Shown: positions 39,897 through 48,895 of the stretch, one piece after another
Layout: every line of letters begins with the position of its first letter
Position numbering within the stretch: the first letter of the stretch is position 1
Assembly (NCBI GenBank): GCA_964574815.1
Contig: CAZNPL010000007.1
Location: 51,246-115,245 of the forward strand
Length of the DNA: 64,000 nt
Source of the DNA: an uncultured Phycisphaeraceae bacterium
Lineage (GTDB): Bacteria > Planctomycetota > Phycisphaerae > UBA1845
Direction: 5' to 3'
The notes under the pieces: model-generated
Databases searched by the model: none
What the model saw: the letters and a program-made list of their open reading frames with translations, nothing else
What the model was told of the DNA's origin: nothing
Made by a program: the position numbers and the translations under genes

Positions 39897-41504
39897 TCAA
39901 TGCGTGGACGCGGCGAGCCGGAGGGCATCCATCGTGCTCTTGATGCGTTCCTCCACGTCACTTCGTGCGGATCGCACAAGATCATCGAGCGCCTCGACGA
40001 CGCGCGGGTCGAATTGTGCGCCGGCCAGCGACTTGATCTCAGCATAGGCCTCGTCAATCGAGCAGCAGGCCCGATAGACCCGATCGGTCGTCATCGCATC
40101 AAACGCGTTGGCCACCAGCAGCACCCGCGAGCCGATCGGGATCTGTTCCCCGCGCAGCCCGTCGGGGTAGCCGGACCCGTTGTAGTGCTCGCCCTGGTGC
40201 CGGATGATGTGCATCTCGCTGTCGAGAATCCGCAGGTAATCGATGATCCGGACGCTGATCGCCGGCACCTGCCGCATGACCATCTCCTCGATGGACGTGA
40301 GCTTGGACGGCTTCATCAGAATGCGGTCCGGAATCCCTACCTTGCCGATGTCGTGCAGCAGGCCCGCGTTCCGTATGCTCACCGACAACGGTTCGCTCAA
40401 CCGAAGACCGCGCGCGATCCGCTCGCTGTAATAAGCCACATTCAGCGAATGCCGCGCAGTGAAGGGGTCCTTCTCCTCCAGCGCCTGCAGCAGCGAGGAA
40501 ACCGTCTGAATGTAGACCTCCTTCGCCTGCACGCTGAGAACGGCGACCTGCTTTCGAAGCCCGTCGACCTCAACCGATTCGATCCCGAACGAGGTCTCAT
40601 CCGTCACGTCCACGGCCGTCGCCACCTGGTTCCGCCCGGTGCTCTTGGCAATGTACAAGGCCCGGTCTGACAGGTCCACCAGATCGGCGGCCGAGCGGAC
40701 CCGCGGATCGTCCGTCGTGGCGATCCCGAACGAAGCGGTCACCTGATAAGCGCCCAGCGCCGGAACCTGCACCTCGTCGGTGATTGCACGGCGAACGCGC
40801 TCGCACAGGACCAGTGCGTCGTCCATCGCCGTCTCCGGAGCCACGATGACGAACTCCTCCCCACCAAACCGCCCGACCGTATCCACCTCCCGCACGCTCT
40901 CACCCAGGATGCGCGCGATCTCGACCAGCGTGTCGTTGCCGACCAGGTGCCCGAACGTGTCGTTGACCGCTTTGAAAAAATCCAGATCAATCATGATGAG
41001 CGAAAGACGGCCGCCGTAACGCCGCGTCCGCTTCACCTCACGATCGATGATGAAGTTCAGATGATCGTGATTGAACAGCCCCGTAAGTCCGTCAGTAACC
41101 GCCGCCCGCCGCAGCCGCTCGTTCACCTCCCACATCCGAATGCCGACGCGAACCCGCGCCCGCAGCGTCGCCGGATCGATCGGCGTCGCCACGTAATCAT
41201 CGACACACTCCTCCAGCGCCCGCGCCCGTTCCTCGGAACCGTGCGCAGGTCCGACCATCAGGAAGAACGTCGCGGTAAGTTCGGCCGACTCGCGAGTGCG
41301 GCGGCAGAGCTGAATAGCGTCGCAACCGGCGACGCTATGGCCGCACACCACGACCTTGGGACGATGCTCGTTGATCGCACTCCAGCCGAGCTCGCCGTCT
41401 TCGGCCCCGCTGCACGCGTAGCCCGCGCCGCTCAAAACCTCGAGCATGTAGCGCCGCTCCGAGGAATTGCCATCTACGATGCAGACGTCGTACACGGTAC
41501 CCAT
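39897..41504 (-). CDS. pseudo-receiver - GGDEF - HD-GYP three-domain c-di-GMP turnover protein
   Basis: 535 aa. It has a REC-like N-terminus, a GGDEF domain with an RxxD I-site (REVD) and GGEEF, and an HD-GYP domain (LLHDIGKVGIPD...HYNGSGYPDGL). Confidence 0.85.
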   Translation of the reverse strand: MGTVYDVCIVDGNSSERRYMLEVLSGAGYACSGAEDGELGWSAINEHRPKVVVCGHSVAGCDAIQLCRRTRESAELTATFFLMVGPAHGSEERARALEECVDDYVATPIDPATLRARVRVGIRMWEVNERLRRAAVTDGLTGLFNHDHLNFIIDREVKRTRRYGGRLSLIMIDLDFFKAVNDTFGHLVGNDTLVEIARILGESVREVDTVGRFGGEEFVIVAPETAMDDALVLCERVRRAITDEVQVPALGAYQVTASFGIATTDDPRVRSAADLVDLSDRALYIAKSTGRNQVATAVDVTDETSFGIESVEVDGLRKQVAVLSVQAKEVYIQTVSSLLQALEEKDPFTARHSLNVAYYSERIARGLRLSEPLSVSIRNAGLLHDIGKVGIPDRILMKPSKLTSIEEMVMRQVPAISVRIIDYLRILDSEMHIIRHQGEHYNGSGYPDGLRGEQIPIGSRVLLVANAFDAMTTDRVYRACCSIDEAYAEIKSLAGAQFDPRVVEALDDLVRSARSDVEERIKSTMDALRLAASTH

Positions 41505-41685
41505 AGAAGTTGCCCGGTTGCCACGGACAAAACGTTGGCCTCACGGCACGGCTATGACCCCTGCCTGTCATCGGGTATTGGCCTGCATGCAATAAACAAT
41601 TTGGCGCGCGCTGCTGCGGGCGAGGATACTATCGGAATGCCTTCGCATCATCGCTCCTGGTATTGCGACGACCTGAGCGCCGTCG

Positions 41686-42291
41686 TCACGGCGCCACATG
41701 CCAGTGCGTGTGGTCGACGAAGTGACGCCAGATGCGATACCGGCGGTCCGCAATCCGGACGCTCAGCACCGGGCTGCCCTTCGGACGGGTGGGCTTGGCA
41801 ATGAGCTTCATCCCGGCCCGCTCCGGCGTCCGCCCGCCTTTTCGGACGTTGCAGCGAAGACAGCAGCACACGATGTTGTCCCAGGTGAGCGGCCCACCCT
41901 GCGAGCGAGGAATGACGTGATCGAGGCTGAGCTCGCTGGCCGAGAACTGCTTGCCGCAGTACTGACAGCGGTGGCGGTCGCGAGCGAGGATCGTGCGGCG
42001 GTTCAGGCGGACATTCTGGCGGTTGATCCGGCTGTAGGTCAGAACGCGGATGATCCGGGGAACGGCAAGCTCGAAACGAACGGTGCGGATCCAGTCGTGC
42101 TCGCCGTTGGTCGTGTCGCGCTGGAGCAGGCTCCACTCGACCCAGTCGTCAAAATCGTACGAGACGTACTTCCCGTCCTCGACATGCACGATCTCCGCTC
42201 TGACATGATCCGTCCCGTTCGTCTTATAAAGCAGAGAAAACGCCCGCCGCACACTGATCACCCGAAGGGCCACGTAGTGCGCGTTCAGCAT
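41686..42291 (-). CDS. HNH endonuclease family protein
   Basis: 201 aa. RHRCQYCGKQF...LDHVIPRSQGG...NIVCCCLRCNVRKGG. Confidence 0.85.
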   Translation of the reverse strand: MLNAHYVALRVISVRRAFSLLYKTNGTDHVRAEIVHVEDGKYVSYDFDDWVEWSLLQRDTTNGEHDWIRTVRFELAVPRIIRVLTYSRINRQNVRLNRRTILARDRHRCQYCGKQFSASELSLDHVIPRSQGGPLTWDNIVCCCLRCNVRKGGRTPERAGMKLIAKPTRPKGSPVLSVRIADRRYRIWRHFVDHTHWHVAP

Positions 42292-42380
42292 CAGGACCTT
42301 GCAGTCCAGCGCGGAGCGGCGCCCCGCCCCATTGTTGTCCCGCGTTCGAGTTGGGAAAGCGCCACCTCCTTCCCCGGATT

Positions 42381-42410
42381 ATTCTCCGGGGGACAATTCT
42401 CCGGGGGACA
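42381..42410. repeat. perfect 15-bp tandem direct repeat (x2)
   Basis: ATTCTCCGGGGGACA ATTCTCCGGGGGACA, preceded by the hairpin CCCCGGA-ttattc-TCCGGGG (42372-42391). It lies about 90 nt upstream of the HNH gene start. Confidence 0.7.
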
Positions 42411-42454
42411 AATCTTTTGCCAATTCTACGCCCTGAACCGGCCCGGCTCAACCA

Positions 42455-43546
42455 TTATCTGCCGCGCCGGCTCCGGGCCAGCAAAACCAGAAAAACCGGC
42501 GCTCCGATCAGCGAGGTCATCACCCCGATCGGCAACGCCGACGCCGACGCCTCGCGTCCCATCAGGCTTCCATACCAGATCGGCGCCAGCCGCGCCAGCC
42601 AGTCGCACACCACCAGAAACACCCCGCCCCAGATCGCCGCCACCGGAAGAAGAAGACGATGATCCCGCCCCAGCACAAGCCGGCACACGTGGGGTATGAT
42701 GAGGCCCACGAAACCCACCGGCCCGCAGATCGAAACCACGCACGCCGTCGCAATCGACGCGAAACCAATACACGTCAACTGCAACGTCAACAATCGGACC
42801 CCGCGCGACGCAGCAATCTCATCCCCCAAGTCGAACTGATTCAGCGCCCGCGCACTGCCCAACAGCACCAGCCACGACACCAATAGCGGCGGCAGGAGCG
42901 GCGTCAGTTGACCGTACCCATGCGTCTCCAGGCTCCCCATCATCCACCGAACCGCGAAGAACGTCTCGCGCACGTCCGCAATGTACGTCACGAACATGAT
43001 CAACGACCCGCAAAACAAACCGATCGTCACGCCGGCCAGCACCAACGCGTTGCCCGAAATGCGATACGCGGTTCCGGCCAGCAGGAACACCAGCGCAACG
43101 ACGGCAGCCGACCCGGCCAGCGCACACCACGACTGCGACGACAACCCCAGGATCGACGCGCTCAACCCGAGCTTCAAACTGATCACCGCCCCCAGCGCAC
43201 CGCCGCTGGCCACCCCCAGCGTGTACGGCGTCGCCAGCACATTGCGAAACAGGCTCTGAAACACTCCGCCGCACAACGCCAACGTCATGCCCGCGACCAT
43301 CGCCGTCACCGCCCGCGGAAGCCGCAACGAAAACGCGATCGTATGAACGCCGCTGCCCACATCAAGCCAGTGCCGCCACGCCTCGAACACGTCGATCGGC
43401 TGCGACCCGACACCCGGACTTACGAATAGCACGACGGCCGCGGCGACCAGGCTCCCCGCCACATACACCGCGAAACGCCGAACCGAGAAGCCGCTGTATT
43501 TCATGTCATATCCGTCACGCCCGGCGGCAGCGGCAGAACCCACCAA
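42455..43546 (-). CDS. FecCD/BtuC family ABC permease (iron-siderophore/cobalamin type)
   Basis: 363 aa, multi-pass, with a typical FecCD-like sequence (LRLPRAVTAMVAGMTLALCGGVFQSLFRN). Confidence 0.85.
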   Translation of the reverse strand: MVGSAAAAGRDGYDMKYSGFSVRRFAVYVAGSLVAAAVVLFVSPGVGSQPIDVFEAWRHWLDVGSGVHTIAFSLRLPRAVTAMVAGMTLALCGGVFQSLFRNVLATPYTLGVASGGALGAVISLKLGLSASILGLSSQSWCALAGSAAVVALVFLLAGTAYRISGNALVLAGVTIGLFCGSLIMFVTYIADVRETFFAVRWMMGSLETHGYGQLTPLLPPLLVSWLVLLGSARALNQFDLGDEIAASRGVRLLTLQLTCIGFASIATACVVSICGPVGFVGLIIPHVCRLVLGRDHRLLLPVAAIWGGVFLVVCDWLARLAPIWYGSLMGREASASALPIGVMTSLIGAPVFLVLLARSRRGR

Positions 43547-44310
43547 GGCAATCCCGGCCCGAACTCGCCCCGTGCGAATTCCACACCGTAAACCTCGCGA
43601 AGCGTCTCAGGCCGCACCACGTCCCCCACGTCACCCGCCGCCGCGATGCGCCCGCCGCTCAGCAACGCGATCCGGTCGCATGCCTGCGAGGCCAGGTTGA
43701 TGTCGTGCGTCACCACGATCAGCGACACGCCCTTCTCGCGAGTCAGCTTCCGCAGCAATGCAAAGATTTGGAGCTGATGGTAGGGGTCCAACGCCGACGT
43801 CGGCTCATCAAGAATCAGTAACCTCGGCTCCTGCGCCAAAGCTGCCGCTACGTGTACTCGCTGCCGCTCGCCGGCCGAAAGCGTCCCCAGTGGCCGGTCG
43901 GCGAACTCGGTTGTCTCGGTAGTACGCATCGCCTCCGCGGCGATTCGTGCGTCCTCCGCCGAATCGAAGAACCGGTACCGCCGACGGGGAAACCGCCCCA
44001 GCAGCACGACTTCCCCGGCCGTCACCTCGCCCGGCGTGAGTGGCGACTGCGGCAGAAACGCCACGTCGGCCGCGCGGCGGCGTAGAGGAATCTTCGCCAT
44101 CGGCCGACCGAAAAGCGTTACCACCCCGCAGGACGGCTTCAGTATCCCGGCAATCAGTTTCAGCAGCGTGCTCTTGCCCGCGCCGTTCGGGCCGATGATG
44201 CCCAGCATCCCACCCGATGCGAACTCGAGATCCAGCGGCCCGAGAAACTCCGCGCGTCCCGGATACCCGAAACGCAGATCCCGAACGCTCACAACGGGCA
44301 AATCATTCAC
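43501..44310 (-). CDS. ABC transporter ATP-binding protein (BtuD/FepC type)
   Basis: 269 aa with GIIGPNGAGKSTLL, LSAGERQRV and LLILDEPTSALD. Confidence 0.9.
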   Translation of the reverse strand: MNDLPVVSVRDLRFGYPGRAEFLGPLDLEFASGGMLGIIGPNGAGKSTLLKLIAGILKPSCGVVTLFGRPMAKIPLRRRAADVAFLPQSPLTPGEVTAGEVVLLGRFPRRRYRFFDSAEDARIAAEAMRTTETTEFADRPLGTLSAGERQRVHVAAALAQEPRLLILDEPTSALDPYHQLQIFALLRKLTREKGVSLIVVTHDINLASQACDRIALLSGGRIAAAGDVGDVVRPETLREVYGVEFARGEFGPGLPWWVLPLPPGVTDMT

Positions 44311-45205
44311 GCGATGCGGTCTCCGGATGCAACAACATCCGCAGCTTGTGGGCGGCCGGCACTACACGCTGCGACGGAACGGTCAGATACTCCTCGGTCA
44401 AAAAATGCACCCGCTCGTTCTCAACGGCGCTGATGTGACCCAATGCCCGCCATTGATCCAGAAGCTCTTCGCGACGCCGATCGTCGATCCGTGCCCCCGC
44501 CAGGCTCTCGATAATGACCTCCGGATCACGCGCCACGATCTCCTCGAGGCCGACCTGCGGATACCGCGTGGTCGAATCGCCGCAGACGTTGTCACCGCCC
44601 GCGATCGTGATCAGCTCGTCAATAAACGTCCCTTTCCCTGCAACAAACACGTTCGATAGCCGCGTCGGACTACGCAACGTAAAAAGCACGCGAACGCGCG
44701 GGCGATCCCCGACGGACGATCGGATCGCGGCCAGCCTCTGTCGAATCTCCGCCGCCATACCGCGGGCCGCCTTCTCACGATCGAGCAGGCTACCCAGCTC
44801 GCGGATGGTTGTGTAGAGATCGTCGAGCGTTTCGACCTCGTCATCATAGATGTGGATGCCCTGTGTCCGTGCGAAGTCCCGAAGCGCCTGACTCGCAGCG
44901 CCCCGCCCACGCAGAACGAGCAGATCCGGCTTCAACGCAACCAGCATCTCCATGTCCGGATCGCGAAGCCCGCCGATACGCTCGACTCCGGATATCTCCG
45001 GCGGGTATGTACAGAAATCGCTGACACCCACGAGCCGGTCGCAGGCGCCGAGCCCGCAGATGATCTCGGCTGCATTCGGCGCCAGCGCCACGACACGCCC
45101 CGCCACCGCCCCCCGCGACGCCTTCTTCTCGTTCACAGTATCGTCCGCCACTGCCGCGAACCACCCGAAGCAACACACCAGTGCCAGAGCATCGACCAAG
45201 CGCAA
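44303..45205 (-). CDS. ABC substrate-binding protein, BtuF/cluster A type
   Basis: 300 aa with a signal peptide. RVVALAPNAAEIICGLGACDRLVGVSDFCTYPPE, a BtuF-like motif. The start codon is TTG. Confidence 0.75.
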   Translation of the reverse strand: MRLVDALALVCCFGWFAAVADDTVNEKKASRGAVAGRVVALAPNAAEIICGLGACDRLVGVSDFCTYPPEISGVERIGGLRDPDMEMLVALKPDLLVLRGRGAASQALRDFARTQGIHIYDDEVETLDDLYTTIRELGSLLDREKAARGMAAEIRQRLAAIRSSVGDRPRVRVLFTLRSPTRLSNVFVAGKGTFIDELITIAGGDNVCGDSTTRYPQVGLEEIVARDPEVIIESLAGARIDDRRREELLDQWRALGHISAVENERVHFLTEEYLTVPSQRVVPAAHKLRMLLHPETASRE

Positions 45206-45543
45206 CCGCGCACCTCCGTTCCAACGCCCCCTCGCGAGCCCAACGCCCCTTTACCCCGATTTCCGAAACGAGACGGCCCGGCAACAACGATAAGAGCTTG
45301 CAGAACCGGGTCAAGTTGCAGCAGAAAACGAAAAGCTGCTACAAGCAAAGCAGCCCTTTCTTGCCAGGGAAAGGGAGGAGCCGCCCTATCCGAGCAAAGC
45401 CCGGAGACGTGGAGGGTGCCGCCTCACGCATTCTTGACCCGCCGGCTGTTCTGACCGAGGATAGCGATCGGCGACGATAATAAAGAATAGTATCAATCGG
45501 CGAATCACACGGTGTGCTTCCTCGTGCATCGAGAGGCGAACCC

Positions 45544-46155
45544 ATGAAGAAAGAAGAGACCACGCGCTGCGCGTCCTGCAAGACCCGAGAGTGCGCCGGG
45601 GGCAAGGACTGCCTCGGCCTCGCCGACCGGTATCGAGCGATGTACGAGGTCGAAGGGATCGCCCGGCTGCACCGCGCGGCGTCGGCCATCGAAGGCCGCC
45701 ATTATTGCAAGGAAAACCGTCTGCGCGAGATCATGCTGTTCGCCCACGAACTCGACTGCCACAAGCTCGGGCTGGCGTTCTGCATCGGGCTGGCGGAGGA
45801 AGGACAGATCGTCGCCGAGATCCTCGAACGCGAGTTTGACGTGGTCGCCGTCTGCTGCAAGTTCTGCGGCATCGACAAGAAACAGCTCGGCCTCGAACAG
45901 ATCGTCGCCGAGAACCGAGAGTCGATGTGCAACCCTGCAGGCCAGGCCGCTTTCCTGAACGAGTCGCATACCGAACTCAACATCACGGTGGGCCTCTGCG
46001 TGGGCCACGACGCCATCTTCAGCATTATTTCGCACGCGCCGGCCGTCACCCTGATCGTCAAGGACCGCGTGCTGGCCCACAACCCGATCGGAGCCGTCTA
46101 CAGCCCGTACATTCGACGAACCATGCTGCCCCCTCGTGCGACTTCCAAAAAATAA
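45544..46155 (+). CDS. DUF1847-like Cys-rich metal-binding protein
   Basis: Starts MKKEETTRCASCKTRECAGGKDC and contains VAVCCKFCG...MCNPAGQA...VGLCVGHD. The track ORF starts 30 nt earlier. Confidence 0.6.
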   Translation: MKKEETTRCASCKTRECAGGKDCLGLADRYRAMYEVEGIARLHRAASAIEGRHYCKENRLREIMLFAHELDCHKLGLAFCIGLAEEGQIVAEILEREFDVVAVCCKFCGIDKKQLGLEQIVAENRESMCNPAGQAAFLNESHTELNITVGLCVGHDAIFSIISHAPAVTLIVKDRVLAHNPIGAVYSPYIRRTMLPPRATSKK

Positions 46156-46339
46156 ACCGCCCATCGGGATATGATTCACGTGGCGACCGGCGGCGGGCCT
46201 TGGGCCACGGGCCGGTTTCGCGCCTGTTTCCCCGCAAATCTCTTCTCGCGAGGACCGACCCGATTGCCTTTTCGCGCCGACCCGTCTACCATCCCGCGAT
46301 TCATTACGTTCGAGGCCGTTCACCCCGGAGACAAAAAAC

Positions 46340-46885
46340 ATGCTTTTCAGTAAACCTCTGTTCGCCGGGACCTTCCGGCGCTCGGGCGCCGTGTGCTTTC
46401 TCTCGGCATTGGCTGCCTTCCTTTCCACCGGCTGCCCGATGCCCGACGGTGGGGGCAACGGCACGGATGGACCCAAGACCGTGCAGGTGCGCTTCGATAC
46501 GTTTGACGTGGGAAGCGACGATTGCGAAGACATCTTCAGCTTTGGCGATTTCAACGTGCGGATGAGCGTGACCATCCGGCCAGGCAACGAAGAGATCTTT
46601 GCCGCCAACCGCGCCGCCGAACTCGGCAGCGCCTCGTTCCAGGCCACCGTACAATCCGTTGATCTGAACGAAGCTGCCAATTTCGAGCTGCAATCCGGCG
46701 AATCGTTCGACGTCGAGATTCGCATTACGGAGGACGATACAATCAACTCGGACGAGCCGCAGCCGTGGGAGGAGTCCGAGTCCTTCGACTTCCTCACCGT
46801 GACAACGGAGAACCTATCCTTCACGAACGGCCCCGGTTGCTTCAGTGACGATCGCGTAGACATCAGAGTCACCGTCACAGAGTAG
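46340..46885 (+). CDS. hypothetical lipoprotein
   Basis: 181 aa with a signal peptide and lipobox FLSTGC. The mature part is acidic. No family was recognised. Confidence 0.5.
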   Translation: MLFSKPLFAGTFRRSGAVCFLSALAAFLSTGCPMPDGGGNGTDGPKTVQVRFDTFDVGSDDCEDIFSFGDFNVRMSVTIRPGNEEIFAANRAAELGSASFQATVQSVDLNEAANFELQSGESFDVEIRITEDDTINSDEPQPWEESESFDFLTVTTENLSFTNGPGCFSDDRVDIRVTVTE

Positions 46886-47047
46886 CCGCGGAAAACTCCG
46901 TAGCAGCCGTTTCGCCGTCGCCGGCAAGAACTCCGTTCCGGTGCGCGCCCAGGCTGCGCCGACGCGTCGACCTTGACCCGACCGCAACGCACGCGTATTC
47001 CCTAATAAGAGCACAGCGGGCAGCGTGTACTGCGACTCGGGTGACGC

Positions 47048-47593
47048 GTGATGGCGCTTGAATGTCCCAATTGCCGGGAACCGGTTTCATTCTTTCGCGC
47101 GATTCGAACCACGGCGTGGGGCCGATTTCGCTGCAAAGCGTGCGGTTCGATCCTGGGCATCTCGCTCAAACGGCGCCTGCTGGCGCTCATCCCGTGGATC
47201 GTTATGATCGTCTTTCTGATGGGCGTCGTGCACATCCAAAGGTACGGCACCCTCGCGTTCGTACTGGTCCTCGCCGGCGTCTTCGTCGCCATCTTCTACT
47301 TTCTTGAAGACGTGGTCCTGATCGAACGCCGCGCCTTCTGCTGCAAAAAATGCGGCTACGACCTTCAGGGGCAGGTCGAGCAACGCTGCCCCGAGTGCGG
47401 CGAGCCCTTCGACCCCGCCGAGAAGGCCCGCATCCTGGCACGGGCCGGAATGCCGCCCCCGAAGGCCAGGCATCGCTGGGTCATGATCCTTCTGTTTCTT
47501 CTGCTGCTGGCGACACTGGTAGCCAATTACATCACCTACCGGTCGGCCGGGCGTCGGCCCGCTCCCCAACAGCCCACTTCCGCACCGCCGTAA
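47048..47593 (+). CDS. hypothetical membrane protein with two zinc-ribbon-like CxxC pairs
   Basis: 181 aa with CPNCRE...CKACG and CCKKCGYDL...CPECGEPF, plus three hydrophobic segments. Confidence 0.5.
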   Translation: MMALECPNCREPVSFFRAIRTTAWGRFRCKACGSILGISLKRRLLALIPWIVMIVFLMGVVHIQRYGTLAFVLVLAGVFVAIFYFLEDVVLIERRAFCCKKCGYDLQGQVEQRCPECGEPFDPAEKARILARAGMPPPKARHRWVMILLFLLLLATLVANYITYRSAGRRPAPQQPTSAPP

Positions 47594-47678
47594 ACGCCCG
47601 CACCGCGACGAACTCGGTGCACATCGCAGCACGACACGCGGCGGCATCTTCCCACGAACACCGCTACAATGACCGGCC

Positions 47679-48578
47679 ATGGAAGCCGATCCGCAAGCCG
47701 ATGGCACCGTCTACCGTACGCGTGACAGGCGGCAGTGCCAGGAGCACGCCTTGGTGCTCGAGGCCGCCGGCATCCGCCATCGCGTCGCCCGGGAGGCCGG
47801 GGAGTTCACGATCGTCGTGGCGCCCGCGGACGAGGAGCATGCGCTCGAAGAGCTGCAGGCCTACGCCCAGGAGAATCGCGGCGCGCCGCGCCGCCAGACC
47901 GCCTTCCCGCATCGCCCCGGAGGCCTGGACGGGGTGATGTACTACGCTACGTTGCTGCTGCTCGTCGCCGTGCTCGCCGACCAGCGCCTCGGCGGTCTGG
48001 ACTGGCTGGCCGCAGGCAAAACCAGCGCCGGCCTGATCCGCCAGGGCGAGTGGTGGCGGACAGTAACCGCCCTGACGCTGCACGCCGACCTGCCGCATCT
48101 GCTGGCCAACGCCGTCGTCGGTGGATTATTCGGATTGTTCGCCTCGCAACTGCTCGGCTCCGGGCTGGCTTGGCTGAGCATCCTCGTCGGCGGGGCCGCC
48201 GGAAATGCAATCAACGCGTGCGTCCGTCCGGCGGAGCACACTTCGGTCGGCGCGTCCACCGCCGTCTTCGCGGCACTCGGCATTGTGGCCGCTTACGCCT
48301 GGACGCGCCGGCGTCAGCTACAAGCCTCGCCGCTGGTGCGATGGGCGCCGCTCATCGGCGCCGCCGTCCTGCTCGGCTACCTGGGTGCGGGTGGCGCCCG
48401 AACCGACGTCGCAGCCCACATTTTCGGATTCTTCTCGGGGCTGTTTCTTGGCGCGCTCTACGGCAGACTGGGCGACCGAATTCAATTCGCCCGCGCTACC
48501 CAACGTCGCCTTGGCGCGACCGCCCTCGCCGCGCTCGTCCTGGCGTGGATTCTGGCCCTTACGACCGGAAGTAATTAA
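47679..48578 (+). CDS. rhomboid family intramembrane serine protease
   Basis: 299 aa with WWRTVTALTLHADLPHLLAN, GASTAVFA (GxSxxxF) and AHIFGFFSG. Confidence 0.85.
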   Translation: MEADPQADGTVYRTRDRRQCQEHALVLEAAGIRHRVAREAGEFTIVVAPADEEHALEELQAYAQENRGAPRRQTAFPHRPGGLDGVMYYATLLLLVAVLADQRLGGLDWLAAGKTSAGLIRQGEWWRTVTALTLHADLPHLLANAVVGGLFGLFASQLLGSGLAWLSILVGGAAGNAINACVRPAEHTSVGASTAVFAALGIVAAYAWTRRRQLQASPLVRWAPLIGAAVLLGYLGAGGARTDVAAHIFGFFSGLFLGALYGRLGDRIQFARATQRRLGATALAALVLAWILALTTGSN

Positions 48579-48895
48579 ATGCGCGGTTGCTACATCGCGT
48601 GGCACTCCGGGTCTGCACGGCGCCAGACGTACGCGTACGCATGGCGCCCGCACGTGCGCAATCTCGCACAGCAGTCAGGGGAACCCGATTGGAAAGACGC
48701 CGGAACCCGCCGTTGTGACCAATGTTGAAGCTAGTATACTTGACTTCCGAATGCGTCGGGAGCGGGTGGGATGTGGGGCGTTGAAACAACGCCGAATCCT
48801 GCCCGCATCTCACGGCCCCGGCCTCACGATCTTGACCAAACGAGCTATGCTTCGTGGCAGGACGTTGAAAGCAATCGCCTGAGGGAGAAAGGCCC

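Noticed and set aside
45206-45543. Cobalamin riboswitch call upstream of the btuF-like operon
   Set aside because: It is expected from context, but I could not find the conserved core or a correctly placed B12 box on the relevant strand. I therefore report it only as a question, not as a feature.
45505-46992. 495-aa minus-strand ORF
   Set aside because: It runs antisense across two separate plus-strand genes (DUF1847-like and lipoprotein) and their spacer. It is Ser/Arg-rich with no motifs.
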